From contig NC_057720.1 of NCBI RefSeq assembly GCF_004010195.1, positions 17,230,603 to 17,277,168 of the forward strand: a DNA stretch of 46,566 nucleotides, written 5' to 3'. Shown here piece after piece: positions 1 to 13,770 of this stretch. Position numbers and translations under genes: made by a program. The notes beneath the pieces were generated by a model, which worked only from the letters and a program-made list of their open reading frames with translations, was not told the DNA's origin and did no database searches. Within the stretch, counting starts at the first letter, position 1. Each line of letters starts with the position of its first letter. Source of the stretch: Chiloscyllium plagiosum. Its lineage: Eukaryota.

Positions 1-1294
1 AAATTTCACAATTATTGTGCTTTCTTTGATTTATATAAATAACAGTAACTAATTCGGTTTTCACCCTTACTCTAGTATTACCAAAAATCAGATGCTCTCT
101 GCAAGCACAGTGGGGTTGCACATGGATTAAAAAATGCCACTTACAATAGATAGAAATGGTATTCATTAGGAAAGCTCTGCAAGAGTCTGTACCTTTTGAA
201 TTTTTTTTTAAACAGAAGTTTTTGGCTCTGCGTTGAGTTAGCAAGTCTATCTGGTGAGAAGAAATATCTTGGATTGCATCTCCAATACATGCTGAAAGAT
301 TTGATTTCAGCACAGAGTGTGGTGAGACTGATAAAATGGTTGAGAGGAATGAGGAAGCTGCTAACCTATCAATGGTCCCTGCTAGAAGTACCATCTACAA
401 CTGTATTTGATATGGTGCAAATGCAGCTTGGCTGAGGTACCTTAGGTTTGCATAGTCTGCTAACCTTTATCATCAAGAGAATTCAAGACAGGCAAGAGTA
501 ATGACTAAAATAAGTATTATGTTGCTGTAAATTTGTTTGAAGTATGATTATAGCATTTACACAAATGTTCAAAGAATCAGAGGCAAAGATTATTCAAGTA
601 ATTGTTCTTCTCAGACAGCCAGAAATCAGATTAAATTGAAGTAACAACATGGGAGATGCAAGTGCATTAAAAAAGTTTGTTTCTTGTTAAATAGGAACAA
701 CATCTTATCTGTAAAAGATCATTCGTTCCATGGAAATTTAACACAGTGCTTCCTGTGATGCAATGCAATAGGAAGAAGTGGATATTTGTACAGATAAAAA
801 AGGGCTTTTATTCCCGTTCTCTTTAATTCAACTGAGTTTCTTTTTTCTTTGGCACTGCAAAAGGAAATATCGCACCCTCTCCTTTTCCTACTTAATGGTC
901 TATAACTTCCACTTTCTTCCAATCTACCCCAAATGGCATGAATAAGGAGGAGATTGGGGGGATGGGGGGGAAGAGTCTGTGGGTTGCATGCATTGTAATA
1001 TTGCTGGTGGTCATGTTTTAACAATCATATCAGCAGCATTGCCTGTTTTGTTTTGGGGAGTGGGGAGAAAACTTTGAGACATTATTTTACATTCATCTAT
1101 TAGCAGCTTCGCAAGTTGGAGAGCCCCAAATTCTCACATGAGATGCTTCCCACCCTCCTCCCCACCCCTAACCTGTCAAAAACTTTACATGGAGCAGGCA
1201 AATCTAAGGATGATCCATCTGCTCACACTCAAACTGAAGCAATTAGCATTCAAAAATATTGTGCACTTAAGGGTCACTTTCCATATTGATGGGA

Positions 1295-1382
1295 GAGGAC
1301 TCTTGTGGTGCTGTGGTAATGTCCCCAATTCTGGGTTAGATAGTCCAGGTTCAAGTCCTACCTGCCCCAGAACAGGTTGAGA
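1295..1382 (+). mobile_element. Short tRNA-derived SINE-like unit (same family as 24801-25262 and 41100-41200)
   Basis: A-box-like tggtgctgtgg, B-box-like ggttcaagtcc, and the shared 3' motif gaacaggttga. Confidence 0.5.
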
Positions 1383-1699
1383 CCGATGGGAAGAAGCCCA
1401 GAATGTTAACCTCCATGGGTGCTGGGCAGGCATCTCCATCAAATACCTCTTCCCACAATGGCGCACTTCCACAACCAAGATTAACCCTATGGGTGCTTTC
1501 CCTGCACCCCAGGTGTCTCCATTAACCATCAAGACTCCTACCTCCACTTCACAAGATGCCCAAATTTAATCCTTTCTTGGACTCGAGGAGTTAAGAATCT
1601 GATGTCACTTTTAGTCTTCAATACTGGCCCCTTCTGCCATTGGTGCTACTGGAAATACAGAGCAGTGGAACTTTCAGCCCTTACACAAATGAAATAATA

Positions 1700-2540
1700 T
1701 AGAGACCTAGGGGTTCAGACACCTATTTCTTTGAAATTTGTGCCACAGGTAGATCGGTTGGTTTAGAAAGTATTTAGCATGCCTGCCTTCATTGCTCATG
1801 CCTTAGAGTATAGGAATTGGGACATCATGTTGAGGTTGTACAGAATGTTGGGGTGGTCTCTTCTGAAGTGCTGTGTGAAGTTCTGGTCACCCTGTTATAG
1901 TCAAAGAATGTGGTGCTGGAAAAGCACAGCTGGTCAGGCGAAATCTGAGGAGCAGGAGAATGCCACCCGAATGCTTTTCCAGCACCACACTCGTCGACTC
2001 TGATCTCCAGTCCTCACTTTCACCCTGTTATAGGAAGGGTATTATTAAATTGGAGAAGGTTCAGAAAAGATTTACGAGGACGTTGCTGGGAATGGAGGGT
2101 TTAAGATATAACAGTAGGCCGGAAAGGCTGGGACGTTTTTCTTTGCAGTGTAGGAGGTTGAGGAGTGACCTTATTGAGTTTTATAAAATCATGAAGGGAC
2201 ACAAATAAGGTAAATGACAAGGATCTTTTCCCTAGGGTGGGAGAGTTCAAAACTAGGGGGCATATTTTTAAGGTGAGAGGAGAGAGATTTAAAAAGGACA
2301 TATGGGGTACTGTTTTTTGCTTTTATACAGTGTGGTTAGTGTGTGGAATTAACTACCATAAAAAGTGATGGAAGCAGGTACAGTTAAAATGTTTAAAAGA
2401 CATTTGGATAAATTCATGACGTGGAAAGGTTTGGAGGGATATGGACCAAGCACAGGCAGATGAGACCAGTTTTATTTTGGGAACAGGGTCAGCATGGACT
2501 GGCTAGACTGAAGGGTCTGTTTCCCTGCTGTCTAACTCTG
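1700..2540 (+). mobile_element. CR1-clade LINE, 3' fragment, interrupted by a Penelope remnant
   Basis: ORF2 C-terminal motifs CVKFWSPCY / LEKVQKRFTR / RRLRSDLIEFYKIMKG, followed by a CR1-type 3' UTR. Confidence 0.9.
1901..2019. mobile_element. Penelope-like terminal-repeat (pLTR) remnant, fold-back type, inserted in CR1
   Basis: Inverted tgtggtgctggaaaagca / tgcttttccagcaccaca; flanked by the 14-bp direct repeat tcaccctgttatag (1887-1900, 2020-2033). Confidence 0.8.
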
Positions 2541-2563
2541 AGAGTCCTGTCTCCAGCCAATGA

Positions 2564-2740
2564 ACAGCAGGTCAGGCAGCATCCAAGGAGCAGGAAAATC
2601 GACCTTTCGGACCGAAGCCCTTCATCAGGCTCTGGCCCGAAAAATTGATTTTCCTGCTCCTTGGATGCTGCCTGACCTGCTGTGCTTTTCTAGCAACACA
2701 CTCAACTGTAATCTCCAGTATCTGCAGACCTCACTGTCTC
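2564..2740. mobile_element. Penelope-like pLTR fold-back remnant with hammerhead motif
   Basis: Inverted arms acagcaggtcaggcagcatccaaggagcaggaaaatc / gattttcctgctccttggatgctgcctgacctgctgt; direct repeats ctgtctccagc(c/t)aatgaaca at 2547-2566 and 2734-2753. Confidence 0.8.
2601..2628 (-). ncRNA. Minimal hammerhead ribozyme-like core
   Basis: Minus strand reads CUGAUGA-A-GGGC(UUCG)GUCC-GAAA-G-GUC. Helix III is mutated (AGGU instead of ACGU). Confidence 0.55.
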
Positions 2741-5039
2741 CAGCTAATGAACACTTGAGGTGACAGAGGGTCTGGTGCATTTTCCACTGACTCTTCGGGT
2801 GGTAAGCTTGAAGACCTACTATCCAAAAATTCCTGCTCACTAAAAATTAGAGGGAAAGTCTAATTAAAAAAAAGTACGTTGAAAAAATAGTACGCAAGGA
2901 AAAATTGCAAGGAAAAAGCAACTAGTGGAATCAATACAAATTTGCAGAAACTTTTTACAAAGTTGAACCTTGTGAAATGTACAAAAATGACAAGTTCAAA
3001 CTAAGTTGTAGATTTGTTTGGAACAGCACAAAATTACATGTTAATTAAAAACCATTCATAGTTCTACTCATTTCTTAACCACATCATTTTCTGTGCTGTT
3101 AAATATTTGGAATATAAATGACAAAAGCTTACATTACATCAAATGGAAAGAGTAAGCCACTTGGTACCGTCAACCATTCAATAAGATCCTGGTGATCAGA
3201 TTGTGGCCTTAACTCCATTTTGCTGCCTGCTTCACATAATCCCCAACTTCACAAACATCACCCCCACTTTCCAAACCAGCTTGGGATCCAGAGAGCATGT
3301 ATGGATGTCAGAGCAGCAGTAGTCACTGCCTCCCCAGTGGTGTACTGTTCAATGAAGTTAATGGGCTAAGTGGTCACACCATTGATTGTGGGAAAAGCCC
3401 GCCACCGCCGCAGCAGTACTTCATTTGGCAGGCCTTTCCAAAGAGGCGGATACATAACTTTTCCGCCAGCTTTCTAGCAATTGGGAAGACCCCGTCACCT
3501 TTTAAATCCAGTCCAATGCGAAGGAGAAGAAACCACGTTGGAGCACACAGAAGGAACGTGACAAGCAGAAACTTGCTATCTATCATTACTACATTCCAGG
3601 GTTATGTTACAGATGAAATCCAGTTATATGATATGGGAGGGCAGAGAGGGAAAACACAGATTTGCACATAGCTCGAGTGGCGTTTGGCAGTTCAATGGTA
3701 CAAATTTGAAAGTTAAAGGGAAAAGTTGCAAAAAATAAAGTGATGTTAACTGTCTTAATTTGTTAACCACCTTCTTGTAAAAACAGACGCGATAAAATAG
3801 GTCATCGCAGCAAGTTTTGCCTTGCACCTACATTTGTTTCACAAGGACCAGCTTCTAGACGACAAAACTCCCTCTGAACTGGCTGATCCAAAGATACTGA
3901 AAAAGTATTTTGGGGTCAGTTAAGTATGGGTGTGTCCTGTTGTTGGTCACAGGTGAAATTGGGGATGGGAGGGTACATGTGACAAGCAAGGGCAGATGAG
4001 ATGAGATGGGATGTGGTCATTGGAAGCTTAAATCAAGCACCACATGTCTGAAAATGAGATTCTCCCCACCTCCTCCAGGGATCTTTGCTGGTTTTGTGCT
4101 GTTATCTGAAGAGGAGCTAAAAATTCTTTATGATGTACACCATTTTTTAAACCTTTGTTACTAAGACTGGTGAAATATAAGCTGAATGAACTACTAAGCA
4201 AATTTGCAAGATCTCTCTTTGTTGTACCTGTCTTTTCATTTGTAATATTTTACAATCAACCACAATTTGTCTCTGAATTCATTTTTAAAAAATTTATGGT
4301 GATTCTGGACTTCAGGATATCCATGTTATTATTCAGTGCTTGCTGTGTTTGAAACCTGCCTTGTGCTTGTTTCAAATTAATCTTGTAATTTTTTTTTCTT
4401 TCAGTAACCAACTGATCTCAATTTAAATTTCATTTTAAAAAAAGTCTTGATCAAGACCATATCAGTAGTGCATACAAAATGAATAATCAACCTTCAGAAA
4501 GAAACGTGAAGGAAATACTTGAAGGAAAAATGTCATTATAGAGTCCTGGGAAGTATAGTACTATCAAGACTGAATTATGAATGAGTTGACTCTGACTCAG
4601 TGGGTTGAGTGACCTCCTCTGTGCTGTACTATTTTCACTTCTGTAGACAGACTGATGTATTGGACAGACACATAGAAGATAAAGGTTTAAAGTAAATGTA
4701 AAGAAGAGTGAAGTGGTGCATTCAGTGCTTTAACAACTCACTGGTCAATATTAACCAGAAGTTTAACTCCACTGAAAACATCAACAGTTTAGCTGTAGAA
4801 GTAGGCTCTGGTTACTTGACTCGTGGCACGCTTCATGCAAAAGTCACTATATAGTCTACGCAACTAAAGTCAGAAGTAGGACAGAATAAAACACTACTGG
4901 TCTAGATGGATAACTTTGAAATAATCACCAAAGTAATTAAAATCTATGTAATACAATGCAGATCCTCACGATTGGAATCATGGTACTGGGCTCAATGTCC
5001 AGTCCCTTCTTTCCCTGTTGTACTATTTACTACCTACAG

Positions 5040-5510
5040 CAGCCAATTGTCAAATTGGCCTGAACCTCTATGAAGCTTTGGTTAAGCTACAACTAGAATA
5101 CTGCATCCAGTTTTCAACACATTTTAGGATGGATGTGATGTCCCCAACAGGGTGCAGAGTAGATTTACCAGAATACTCCCAAAGGTGGGAGATTTTATCT
5201 ACAAAGGTTAGGTTGGCAGTTAAATTGGGTTTTCTCTTCTCTTGAAGTTAAAGAAGATGGAAGCGAGATTTGATAGAAAGATGCAAGATGACACCACTTT
5301 TGGAGAAGATAGACTGGGAAATGTTGTTCCCATTAGCTGGTGGTAAATGAACTAGGGGACACGGATTTAAAGTTTATGGGCAAGAGGTGCAGGGGAATGT
5401 GAGAAAAAGCTTTTTCTAAGCACAGCAAGTGATGTCAAAAGAAAGTTGGAAGGGCACTTGAAGGTTTTAAACAAACAGGGCTATTGGATAGTGTAGTGGA
5501 ATGGAACACT
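5040..5510 (+). mobile_element. Degenerate CR1 LINE 3' fragment
   Basis: LYEALVKLQLEYCIQF motif and an actaggggacac-type ORF2 C-terminus. Confidence 0.75.
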
Positions 5511-5511
5511 G

Positions 5512-6260
5512 TCATAGAGTCAGCAGACCCTTTAGAAACAGACCCTTCAGCCCAACTCATTCAGGCTGGTCAAGTTTCCAAAACTGAACTAGTCTGATTT
5601 GCTGGTGTTTGGCCCATATCAGTCTAAACTTTTCCTATCCACATACCTGTCCAAGTGTTTCTTAAATGGTGTAATTGTACTCTTCTCTACCACTTCCTCT
5701 GGCAGCTCAATTCATATATGCACAGCCTTGTATGTGAAATAAATTGCCCCTCAGGTCTTTTAAATCTTTCCCCTTTCACCTTAAACCTATACCCTCTAGT
5801 TCCCTATCCTGGGCAAAAGGCCTTAGCTATTCACCTTATCTCTGCCCCTCATCATTTTATAAACCTCTATAAAGGTCACCCCTCGGCCTTCAATGCTCCA
5901 GGGAAAAACGTACCAGCCTATTTAGCCTCTCTTCATAACTTAAACCTTCCAGTTTAATAACATCCTTCTTATAGAAGAATGACCAGAACTATATGCAGTG
6001 TTGCCTTACTAATATCTTGCACAGCTGTAACATGATGTCCCAACTCTGTACTCAATGTTTTGATCAGTGGAGACAAGAGTGCCAAATGCCTTCTTCATCA
6101 CCAACTATCTGCGATACAACTTTCAAGGAACTGTGTACCTGCATCCTTAGGTCTTTGTTCAACAACACGCCAAGGCCCGATCATTAACTGTATAACTGGT
6201 TTGAATTCCCAAAATGCAATACCTCGCATTTATCTAAATTAAACCTCACCTATCACTCCT
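5512..6260 (-). mobile_element. CR1 LINE 3' fragment
   Basis: Reverse complement of the same CR1 3' end seen at 2100-2540 and 30519-30900. Confidence 0.85.
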
Positions 6261-6334
6261 GATTCAAAAAAGCTAGCATAGACTCAATAGACTGACTGGC
6301 CTCCTCCTGTGCCACAAAACGACAATATGACTTT

Positions 6335-6640
6335 TTTTTATTCATCATGGGATAAGGGCTAGAACTGCATTTATTAACCATCCCTACTTGCCCAGTAGAG
6401 TATCAACCATTTGCTGTGGGTCTGGAATCACGTGCTATCCAGATCGGGTGAGGGGGGGCAGATTATCTTCCCTAAAAAGGACATTACTGAATCAGATGAG
6501 TTTCTACAGCTATTGACAGTCACTCGTCATCAGGCCAACTTTTTAATTAAAATTTCACCATCTGCCTCGGTAGGTACTTCAACCCATATCCTATGTCCCC
6601 AGAACATCTGGATGACTTGTCCAGTGACAATACCACTATT
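6335..6640 (-). mobile_element. tRNA-derived SINE (DeuSINE/SacSINE-like; family assignment tentative)
   Basis: Homologous to 29090-29432; the minus-strand tRNA-like head lies at the right end (tagtggtattgtcactggac). Confidence 0.7.
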
Positions 6641-6873
6641 GCACGTTCTCCCCGTGTCTGCGTGGGTTTCCTCCGGGTGCTCCGGTTTCCTCCCACAGTC
6701 CAAAGATGTGCAAGGTCAGGTGAATTGGCCATGCTAAATTGCCCGTAGTGTTAGGTAAGGGGTAAATGTAGGGGTATGGGTGGGTTTCGCTTTGGCGGGT
6801 CGGTGTGGACTTTGTTGGACCGAAGGGCCTGTTTCCACACTGTAATCTAATCTAATCTAATCTAATCTAATCT
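6639..6873 (+). mobile_element. HE1-type shark SINE, 5'-truncated, with (TAATC)n tail
   Basis: Core gtctgcgtgggtttcctccgggtgctccggtttcctcccacagtccaaagatgtgc, CR1-like 3' end, TAATC x6 at 6843-6872. Confidence 0.88.
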
Positions 6874-7599
6874 TCACCTTCTCTATTCTCACAGCTTTAT
6901 CATATACATCAATCTTTACAATTTGAATTAATTTGCATAACTGTTTGCCTTTTGATATTGTGATACTCTGACTAATTATTCCAAAGTCTGTTAACTTTGC
7001 TACAGCTAGGGAGGCTTTGTTTACATAACATTTATAGTTTTGGTTTTATGTTTTTTAAAATTTATTTGGTGTAATGAAATCTATCTTGTTTAGCACACTG
7101 AACAGTTATAATATTGGAGATAGAGAAAATACCCAGTGATTTCTTTGTAACAATCATTTTAAATCAGTGAAAATCTACAGGGTTCCTAATATTTAAGAAT
7201 ACTTCTGATTTCTTTACAGGAGGAGGAAAACCAAGATTTAGAGTAAGTTTATATTAAGCCTTTGCGACTTGGACCTTCTTCTGAAGTGTATCTTGGCTCA
7301 AACAACCCCAGAAAGTTGAATCTGCATTCAGTGGAATTAAACATCCTCTCTGGATATTAAACATTGCAATCTACATTTAATTTGATTTGCAATCCACTTC
7401 AAATCACATCAAAACTGGACTTAATGTCTTATTGTACATCTGCATAAACTAAGAAAGCAAATATTGAAAAGTATTTGACCGCACTGGCATTCACTAACTA
7501 GGATCATTTCAGACTGAAACAAAGGCATTCTTTAAAATCCAGAGATATTTTAAATTTTAATCAAAATATAATTTATTTGAATAGAAGCATCATTAGTAA

Positions 7600-8120
7600 T
7601 GGATGCTATATTTGGAGCAGGATGGAGTTCACCGCTTTCAGTCTAGGCTGACCATAATCCCAAACTAAACTAGTCCCACTTGCTTGTGCTTGGCCTACAT
7701 CCCTCCACACATTTATTTTTCACGTACTTATCTAAATGTCTTTTAAACATTGTAATTGTACCCTCATCCACCACTTCCTTTGGACGTTCACTCCATCCAT
7801 GAACCACTCTGTGTTAAAGAATGGCCCCGTGTCTTTTTAAAATCTTTCTCCTTTCACCTTAAAAATATGCCCCCTAGTCTTGAAACCCTTCACCTAGGGT
7901 AATAACACCTGCTATTCACCTTATCTATACCTCATTATTTTACAAACCTCTACCAGGTCACCTCTCAACCTCCAACCCTCCAGTGAAAAAAGTCCCAGCC
8001 TATCCAGCCTCTCCTTAAAACTCAAGCCTTCCATTCCTGGCAACATCCTGGTAAATTTCTTCTGAACTCTCTCCAGCTTAATAATATCTTTCTTATAACT
8101 GGGAGATCAGAAGTGGATAG
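7600..8120 (-). mobile_element. CR1 LINE 3' fragment
   Basis: Reverse complement of the CR1 ORF2 C-terminus and 3' UTR. Confidence 0.85.
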
Positions 8121-9469
8121 TCCCAAATTAGTGTCAGTACTTTTGTAAGAGTGCAATAACATAGGTTTTCTAGTCTTATCACGTACATGCTATGCATTAG
8201 GAAAGGGAAAGCACTGCCATTGATCAAAAAATTCACAGCCTCTAGTCTAATTCACCCCACATTTTTATTTTATATTCCCTTCTGGGATATATGTCAGTAT
8301 CACTGGCTGACCAGCATTTATTGCCCATCCCTAGCTGCCCCACTTGCTTTAATAATTTCTATGGTATTTAAGAATTAAGAAAAAAAATTCAAAATATTTT
8401 CAAAACTGTACAGAGACTTACAACACATCTTTGTTGGATGATTAAGCATACATTTTTAAATATATCCTGTAGTTAAAAAATGATGTTGGACTTTAGACTT
8501 TATAGCAGTACTACAATCTGCCAGCCGGGCAGGCAGAAAAATCTAACCACATATCAAACCTCAAAGTGTAGCATTTATCAACGCCAATGTGCATTGTTAA
8601 ATTTACTGTACTGCGAATAGAATTTAAATCACTGCTTTTTCATTTTGAAGAAAGGAATCTATACTCATTATAATGTTGTAAATACATTCTGCAATCAAGA
8701 AAAATCCTCAAGCAACATTTCCAAATCTTGCATAAGTAACCTGAAAGTGAACTGAACTTTTAAAAAAAAAACTTAATTTGACATGAAAATAGTATTAGTA
8801 TTCTTGGCCAAGAGGACTGCTGTCAGTTACTAACCAAGGTACATTATGTAAATGGAAAACAGCATTTTTAAATCATGCTTATTTCTGATTTCAAACCCAG
8901 ATGTTCCAAATACTTTTATCTCCATTAAAAAATGAATACAAGTAGTATAAAAGGTGTCAGAAACCTTTTTCAGTATAAATATAGTTGGTCAAGTGAGAAT
9001 CTAGAATTAAGTCTCACATTTAAGTCAAAGGAGCTGGCATTTACAGCACTGCTTATTGCCGAACTTTGTTTACTATTCAATCTTAAAGCAAATTCAGATC
9101 TACATATTTTTGTTTAAACTCCTCAGCTCTGTCCAGCCAACATCCAACTTCACAATTTCCTGTTCATTCTAAAGACAGGAACACTGGCCACTGCAAACTC
9201 TGTTATTACAATGGTAGAACAAAGGAAGCAGACAAGCGACGCCAAGAATCGCAATGTATTACAATGAAGAAGCGTTACAATATTACAATGTGGCAATGCC
9301 AAATCTTATACACAAATGGATATTTCAGCTTATCATCTTTATTTGGCTGCATATACAGTCAGAAGGACGAAATTTATGCCCTGCTAACTTTAGAAGAAAA
9401 AACAATTTCATTTATGTCTAAGGCCACTTATGCAACAAGTATATATTGACTATGCAGCAACCATCTCTC

Positions 9470-9730
9470 ATAAATCCAGTACAGAATTCAGGAGAGTCTT
9501 CTTTATCCAGATTGGTGAAAACATGGAACTCACTATCACAAGTAGTAATTGAGGTGAACAGCACAGGTTCATTTTAGGGGAATTATGGAAGAATATGAGA
9601 GAGAAATATTTAGAAGATATGCTAATTGGATTAGATAAATTAAGGTATGAGGAGGTTCATATGGAGCACAAACACAGGTACAAGAGTTCAGCCAAAATAT
9701 TCTGATTTTTGGTTATAAACTTGATGTAAT
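9470..9730 (+). mobile_element. Highly degenerate CR1-like 3' end
   Basis: Residual FF..R.V..WNSL-type motif (catggaactcactatcacaa) and 3' UTR similarity. Confidence 0.5.
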
Positions 9731-11079
9731 GTAGATTGAATAAAACATATCTAATTAATTTTATTTTCCAAGTGGTAAAACTGTACCAACTAAAAATCGG
9801 GGATCACCTCAGAAGATGACACAAACACTGGACAGTAACCTAGTTTGTATTAGTGAAAGTTCTGATAATGCTATTGTTAATTTAACACAATTTATGAAAC
9901 TACCAAAAGTAAAGAAAAAAAAAAGATGTGGTATACTGCTTGTGTAGTTTTGAGGGGACCAATGTGGCCAGGTGAATGGATCATTTGTCCCTTGTCCATT
10001 CAAAGCAAGTGCTGTTAAGTATTTAACTATACTACTCCCACTATATTTCACTCTTCACAACTTTGCCAGAGGGGAGGAAGGTAGCTAAATTATGTTATTG
10101 AATTTATCAAGTTTCTTTAAATGATTTGGAAAACCTAAAAATAACATCTGTTTAGTTGAAATACAAAACAACTTCTGAACAAATGAGAGAAAAAAAATGA
10201 TCTGGAAGGTGTCTCTTTATTTATTAAACAATGATTTTCCTTCCATCTCTTTGCAGTCGGGTGCACTCAGGACAGAAAAACCAGGATGGTGTAGTCACAG
10301 CTCCAATCAAATTGACCTTCAATGATAACAACAAGCAGACCATAGCACGTCAGTGCAATTTATATGCAGTGCATAATGATCAGTTCTACTAAAGTCAATG
10401 GAATTATTGAGAAGGAGGTAGAATAGGTAATCCATACTATATTGCCATTTTGCTCACTCTCCAATTTGAATTTCCTGGATGACTTTTGTTACACTCAGAA
10501 CCAGCTAACCAGAAATGACAAGAGATAACACAACTAAATGGTGAAGTTGTATCAAATGTTTTATATTTTGTGACTAAATTTCAAATGTAAATGTTTTTGG
10601 AGAAATATTATATTCAATTTTATATATTCATACATTTACAAAGTGAATAGTTCACTCCCTCAGATTGTACAATGTTCAGGAAGTAAAGCTGAATGGTCAG
10701 ATAGCCCACAAATGTGAATGCAGGTTCCACGTCAACAAGAGAGAACATGAGGCAGTATTGAAGAGGAAGCAGGAAAGTAGTAGTATTATTGTTGGGGGAG
10801 ATTGAAGGTAGGGGTAACTGATCTTTAATTATTTACATAAAGTGGGTGGACTGTTAATTATAGGGGCATGTGGTGCTGAAATGGTGATGTGAACTTGTGC
10901 CCACTATTCACCCAACCTGGCAAAATAACTAAGGTGCGGCCCTAATCTTCGAACAGAGATCATTTCTCCATGTTTGAATGTATTCCAAATCATTTTAGAA
11001 TTGTGCAAATATTTTGTTGCTGAAAGTTTTTAGACTCTAAACATTCACAACAAATGCTTTTCTGTCCTACTACAGCAGG

Positions 11080-11600
11080 TTATCTCACATTATTAAAACA
11101 TTAATGCAACTTTCATTCAGTATATTATTTATCATGGTTAAACAAACCAGGGTGTTTCACAGAAATGTTTTCAAACCAAGTGTGACATCAAACTCCAGGA
11201 AATATAGGACAAATGACCAAAACATTGATTGAAAAGGTTTGTTTCAAGGAATTTCTTAAAAAGGAAGGAAGAGAGATCAAGAGCAGTAGATTCGGAAGGA
11301 AACTCCGACAGCCATGCCTTCAGATTTTTAGGCTTTACTCTCAAAAGGTAGACTAGTGAAAAATGGGGATGTACAAGAGACCAGAAGCAGAGGAGCGCAC
11401 ACATCTCAGAAGATTGTAGGGGTGGAGGAGGTTACAGAGATTTAGAGGGCCCCATCATGGAGAAATCTGAAAACAAGAATCTTTAAAATGAAGGACTGTT
11501 GGACTTGAAGCTAATATTGATCAGCAAAGGGTAATGAGTAAAAAGTGATTTGGTGCAAGTTAACGATCCCAGCTGAAGTTAGTTCTAGAAAAGTCAATCT
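11080..11600 (-). mobile_element. L2-clade LINE 3' fragment (degenerate)
   Basis: Minus-strand translation ending ...LFKKFLETNLFNQCFGH resembles the L2 ORF2 C-terminus (FKxxLKTxLF). Confidence 0.6.
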
Positions 11601-11634
11601 CTGACTGAAACCTGCATTGACAGGCTTTAGCTTT

Positions 11635-12680
11635 AAACAAAAAAAATCAGGAACAACAGAAATTGCTTAGAAAACTCAGCAGGTCTGGCAGCATCTGTGG
11701 AGAGAAAGCAGAGTTAATGTTTCAGATCTAGTGACCCATCTTCAGAACTCTCCTCCACACTCAGTGCTATGCATCATCATACGTACACTCGCGACCTCTC
11801 TTTCCATCAACACCCCTCGCACTGGCTCAAAGTTGCCCTGGCCCTACCACCCGAACAACCAACAACCCTGCCCCCACTTCCAATTTATCCTCTGGCTTAT
11901 TTGACATGCTAACAAAAATCTTTTTTAGTCATAGAAATGTATAGCACCGAAGGAGACGCTTTGGTCCAACTCATCCATGCTGATCGGATATCCTAAATTA
12001 ATCTAGTCCCATTTGCCAGTAATTGCCCCATATCGCTCTAAACCCTTCCTATTCATATACCCAGCCAGATGCCTTCTAAAGTTGATATTGTACCAGCTTC
12101 CACCATTTCCTCTGGCAGCTCATTATAGGCACACATCATCCTCTGCATGAAAAAATGCTCCTTCAGTCCCTTTTAAATTTTTCCCCTCTCACCCTAAACC
12201 TATGCCTTCTAGTTCTGGAACCCCCACCCCAGGGAAAAGACCTTGTCTATTTACCCTATCCATGCCCCTCATGATTTTATAAACTTCTATAAAAGGTCAC
12301 CCAGCCACCTCCAACGCTCCAGGGAAAACAGCCCCAGCTTATTCAGCCTCTCCCTGTAGCTCAAAACCTCCAACCCTGGCAACATCCTTGTTAATCTTTT
12401 CTGAACTCTTTCAGGTTTCTTTTCTTTTCAGGCATTAAGGAATGCAAGATACAACAACTTAAAGATATATCCAAACCCCTCTGGAACCTCTCCCCTAACT
12501 CCGACTCCATCTATTCTCCTCACTCCATCTCCTGTCATGTATTTACTCACCTATCTGACCTTCCACTCTGATGCTGAACATGTTCTGAAGGGTCACTGGA
12601 CCCAAAACATAAAACTCTGCTTTCTCTCCACAGATGCTACCAAACCTGCTGACTTTTCCCAGCAATTTCTATTATTGTTT
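11635..12680. mobile_element. Older Penelope-like insertion with inverted pLTRs (11640-11750 and 12580-12680), containing a nested CR1
   Basis: cagcaggtctggcagcatctgtggagagaaagcagag is mirrored by ctctgctttctctccacagatgctaccaaacctgctg; flanking direct repeat cag(g/a)ctttagcttt at 11621-11634 and 12681-12694. Confidence 0.7.
11926..12422 (-). mobile_element. CR1 LINE 3' fragment nested in a Penelope remnant
   Basis: Reverse complement of the CR1 3' end (same family as 30519-30900). Confidence 0.88.
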
Positions 12681-13770
12681 CAGACTTTAGCTTTTTTTTT
12701 TAAAACTATGCAGATCAGTTACTGAACACATTCACAAAAGTCTGCTAATCTACTTTTATCCCAGAATAAAACATTTAGTAAAAAAGAAAAACATTAGCCA
12801 CATTGCATTAGACAAAAAGGCTGGAAAAATGTCATTAGAAAACCAGCAAGGGATTCAAACTCTCATCATTCCTTTTATCCCAGCAATATCCTTCCAACAC
12901 CAAAGCTTCAAAGATCTCCCATTATCTCCCTATAAAACATGTGCTGCTCAGGCTGGCATAGTCACAGCTGGTTTCCTTCCTGTAAATTTCTGCACCTTCA
13001 CTAGTTTCTTTTCCTTAAACTGATATCTCTCCCAGAAACAGCCAAACAGTAAACTAAACTCAATATTACTTTAACCTCAGACCAAATACAAGAGGACTCT
13101 CAACTCAATGTCTGTCTGTCTCACACTATTCCTTACTCAGTATAACACCACTCTTTGGCACATAAACCTGCTGACTGGCTGATTCCCTTTTCAATTTTTG
13201 TGTGTTTCCTGAAGCAACAGCAGTTTTATTCTCTAACTTTACTTTAATGCACTAGCCTTCTCAACCCCATCCCTTTAGTTCAGTTATAATAGAAAGAGAT
13301 TCAAAAAACAGACCTCCAGATCTCTCAGCACTAAGCTCACAAGAACATTTCTAAAGTGAAACTAAAATCTGGCCTCTACCTAACACACAAAATTACAAAA
13401 ATATAAATTCAGCTTAAGTTACATATTGTTCCAAATACAAAAAAAAACACTGCAGAGAGCACAGTTTTAGATAAACACATGTTTATGGAGAGTAGAAAAT
13501 GGGAGACTGGCCAGGAGTGTGCTGGAATAGTCAAAGCTAGTGGCCACAAAGGAAGGATGGGGATTTCAGCAGCAGTTAAGCAGAGGAAGCTTTTCTGACA
13601 AGTAGCATTAAGCACACTAGAAGTTATGCTACTGGTAACCACATCCTTTATAATACATGTATTATATAAACAGATATTGTGGCAGGACTTCAAACAATAG
13701 AATGAAGAAAGTGCTATGTCAGACATTTTTCACTTTTCTTTCAATAATTCTACCAATATAATAAATTTAC

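Noticed and set aside
196..4352. Assorted 60-124 aa ORFs
   Set aside because: No recognisable domains or splice context; consistent with chance ORFs or repeat fragments.
12790..13420. Possible LTR-like segment
   Set aside because: No termini, TSD or second copy could be identified.
1..13770. Search for the next TGFBR3 exon (VTLHLNPI-like)
   Set aside because: No matching translation was found. A candidate acceptor near 8740 gives VTYARFGNVA followed by a stop. The exon probably lies outside the window.
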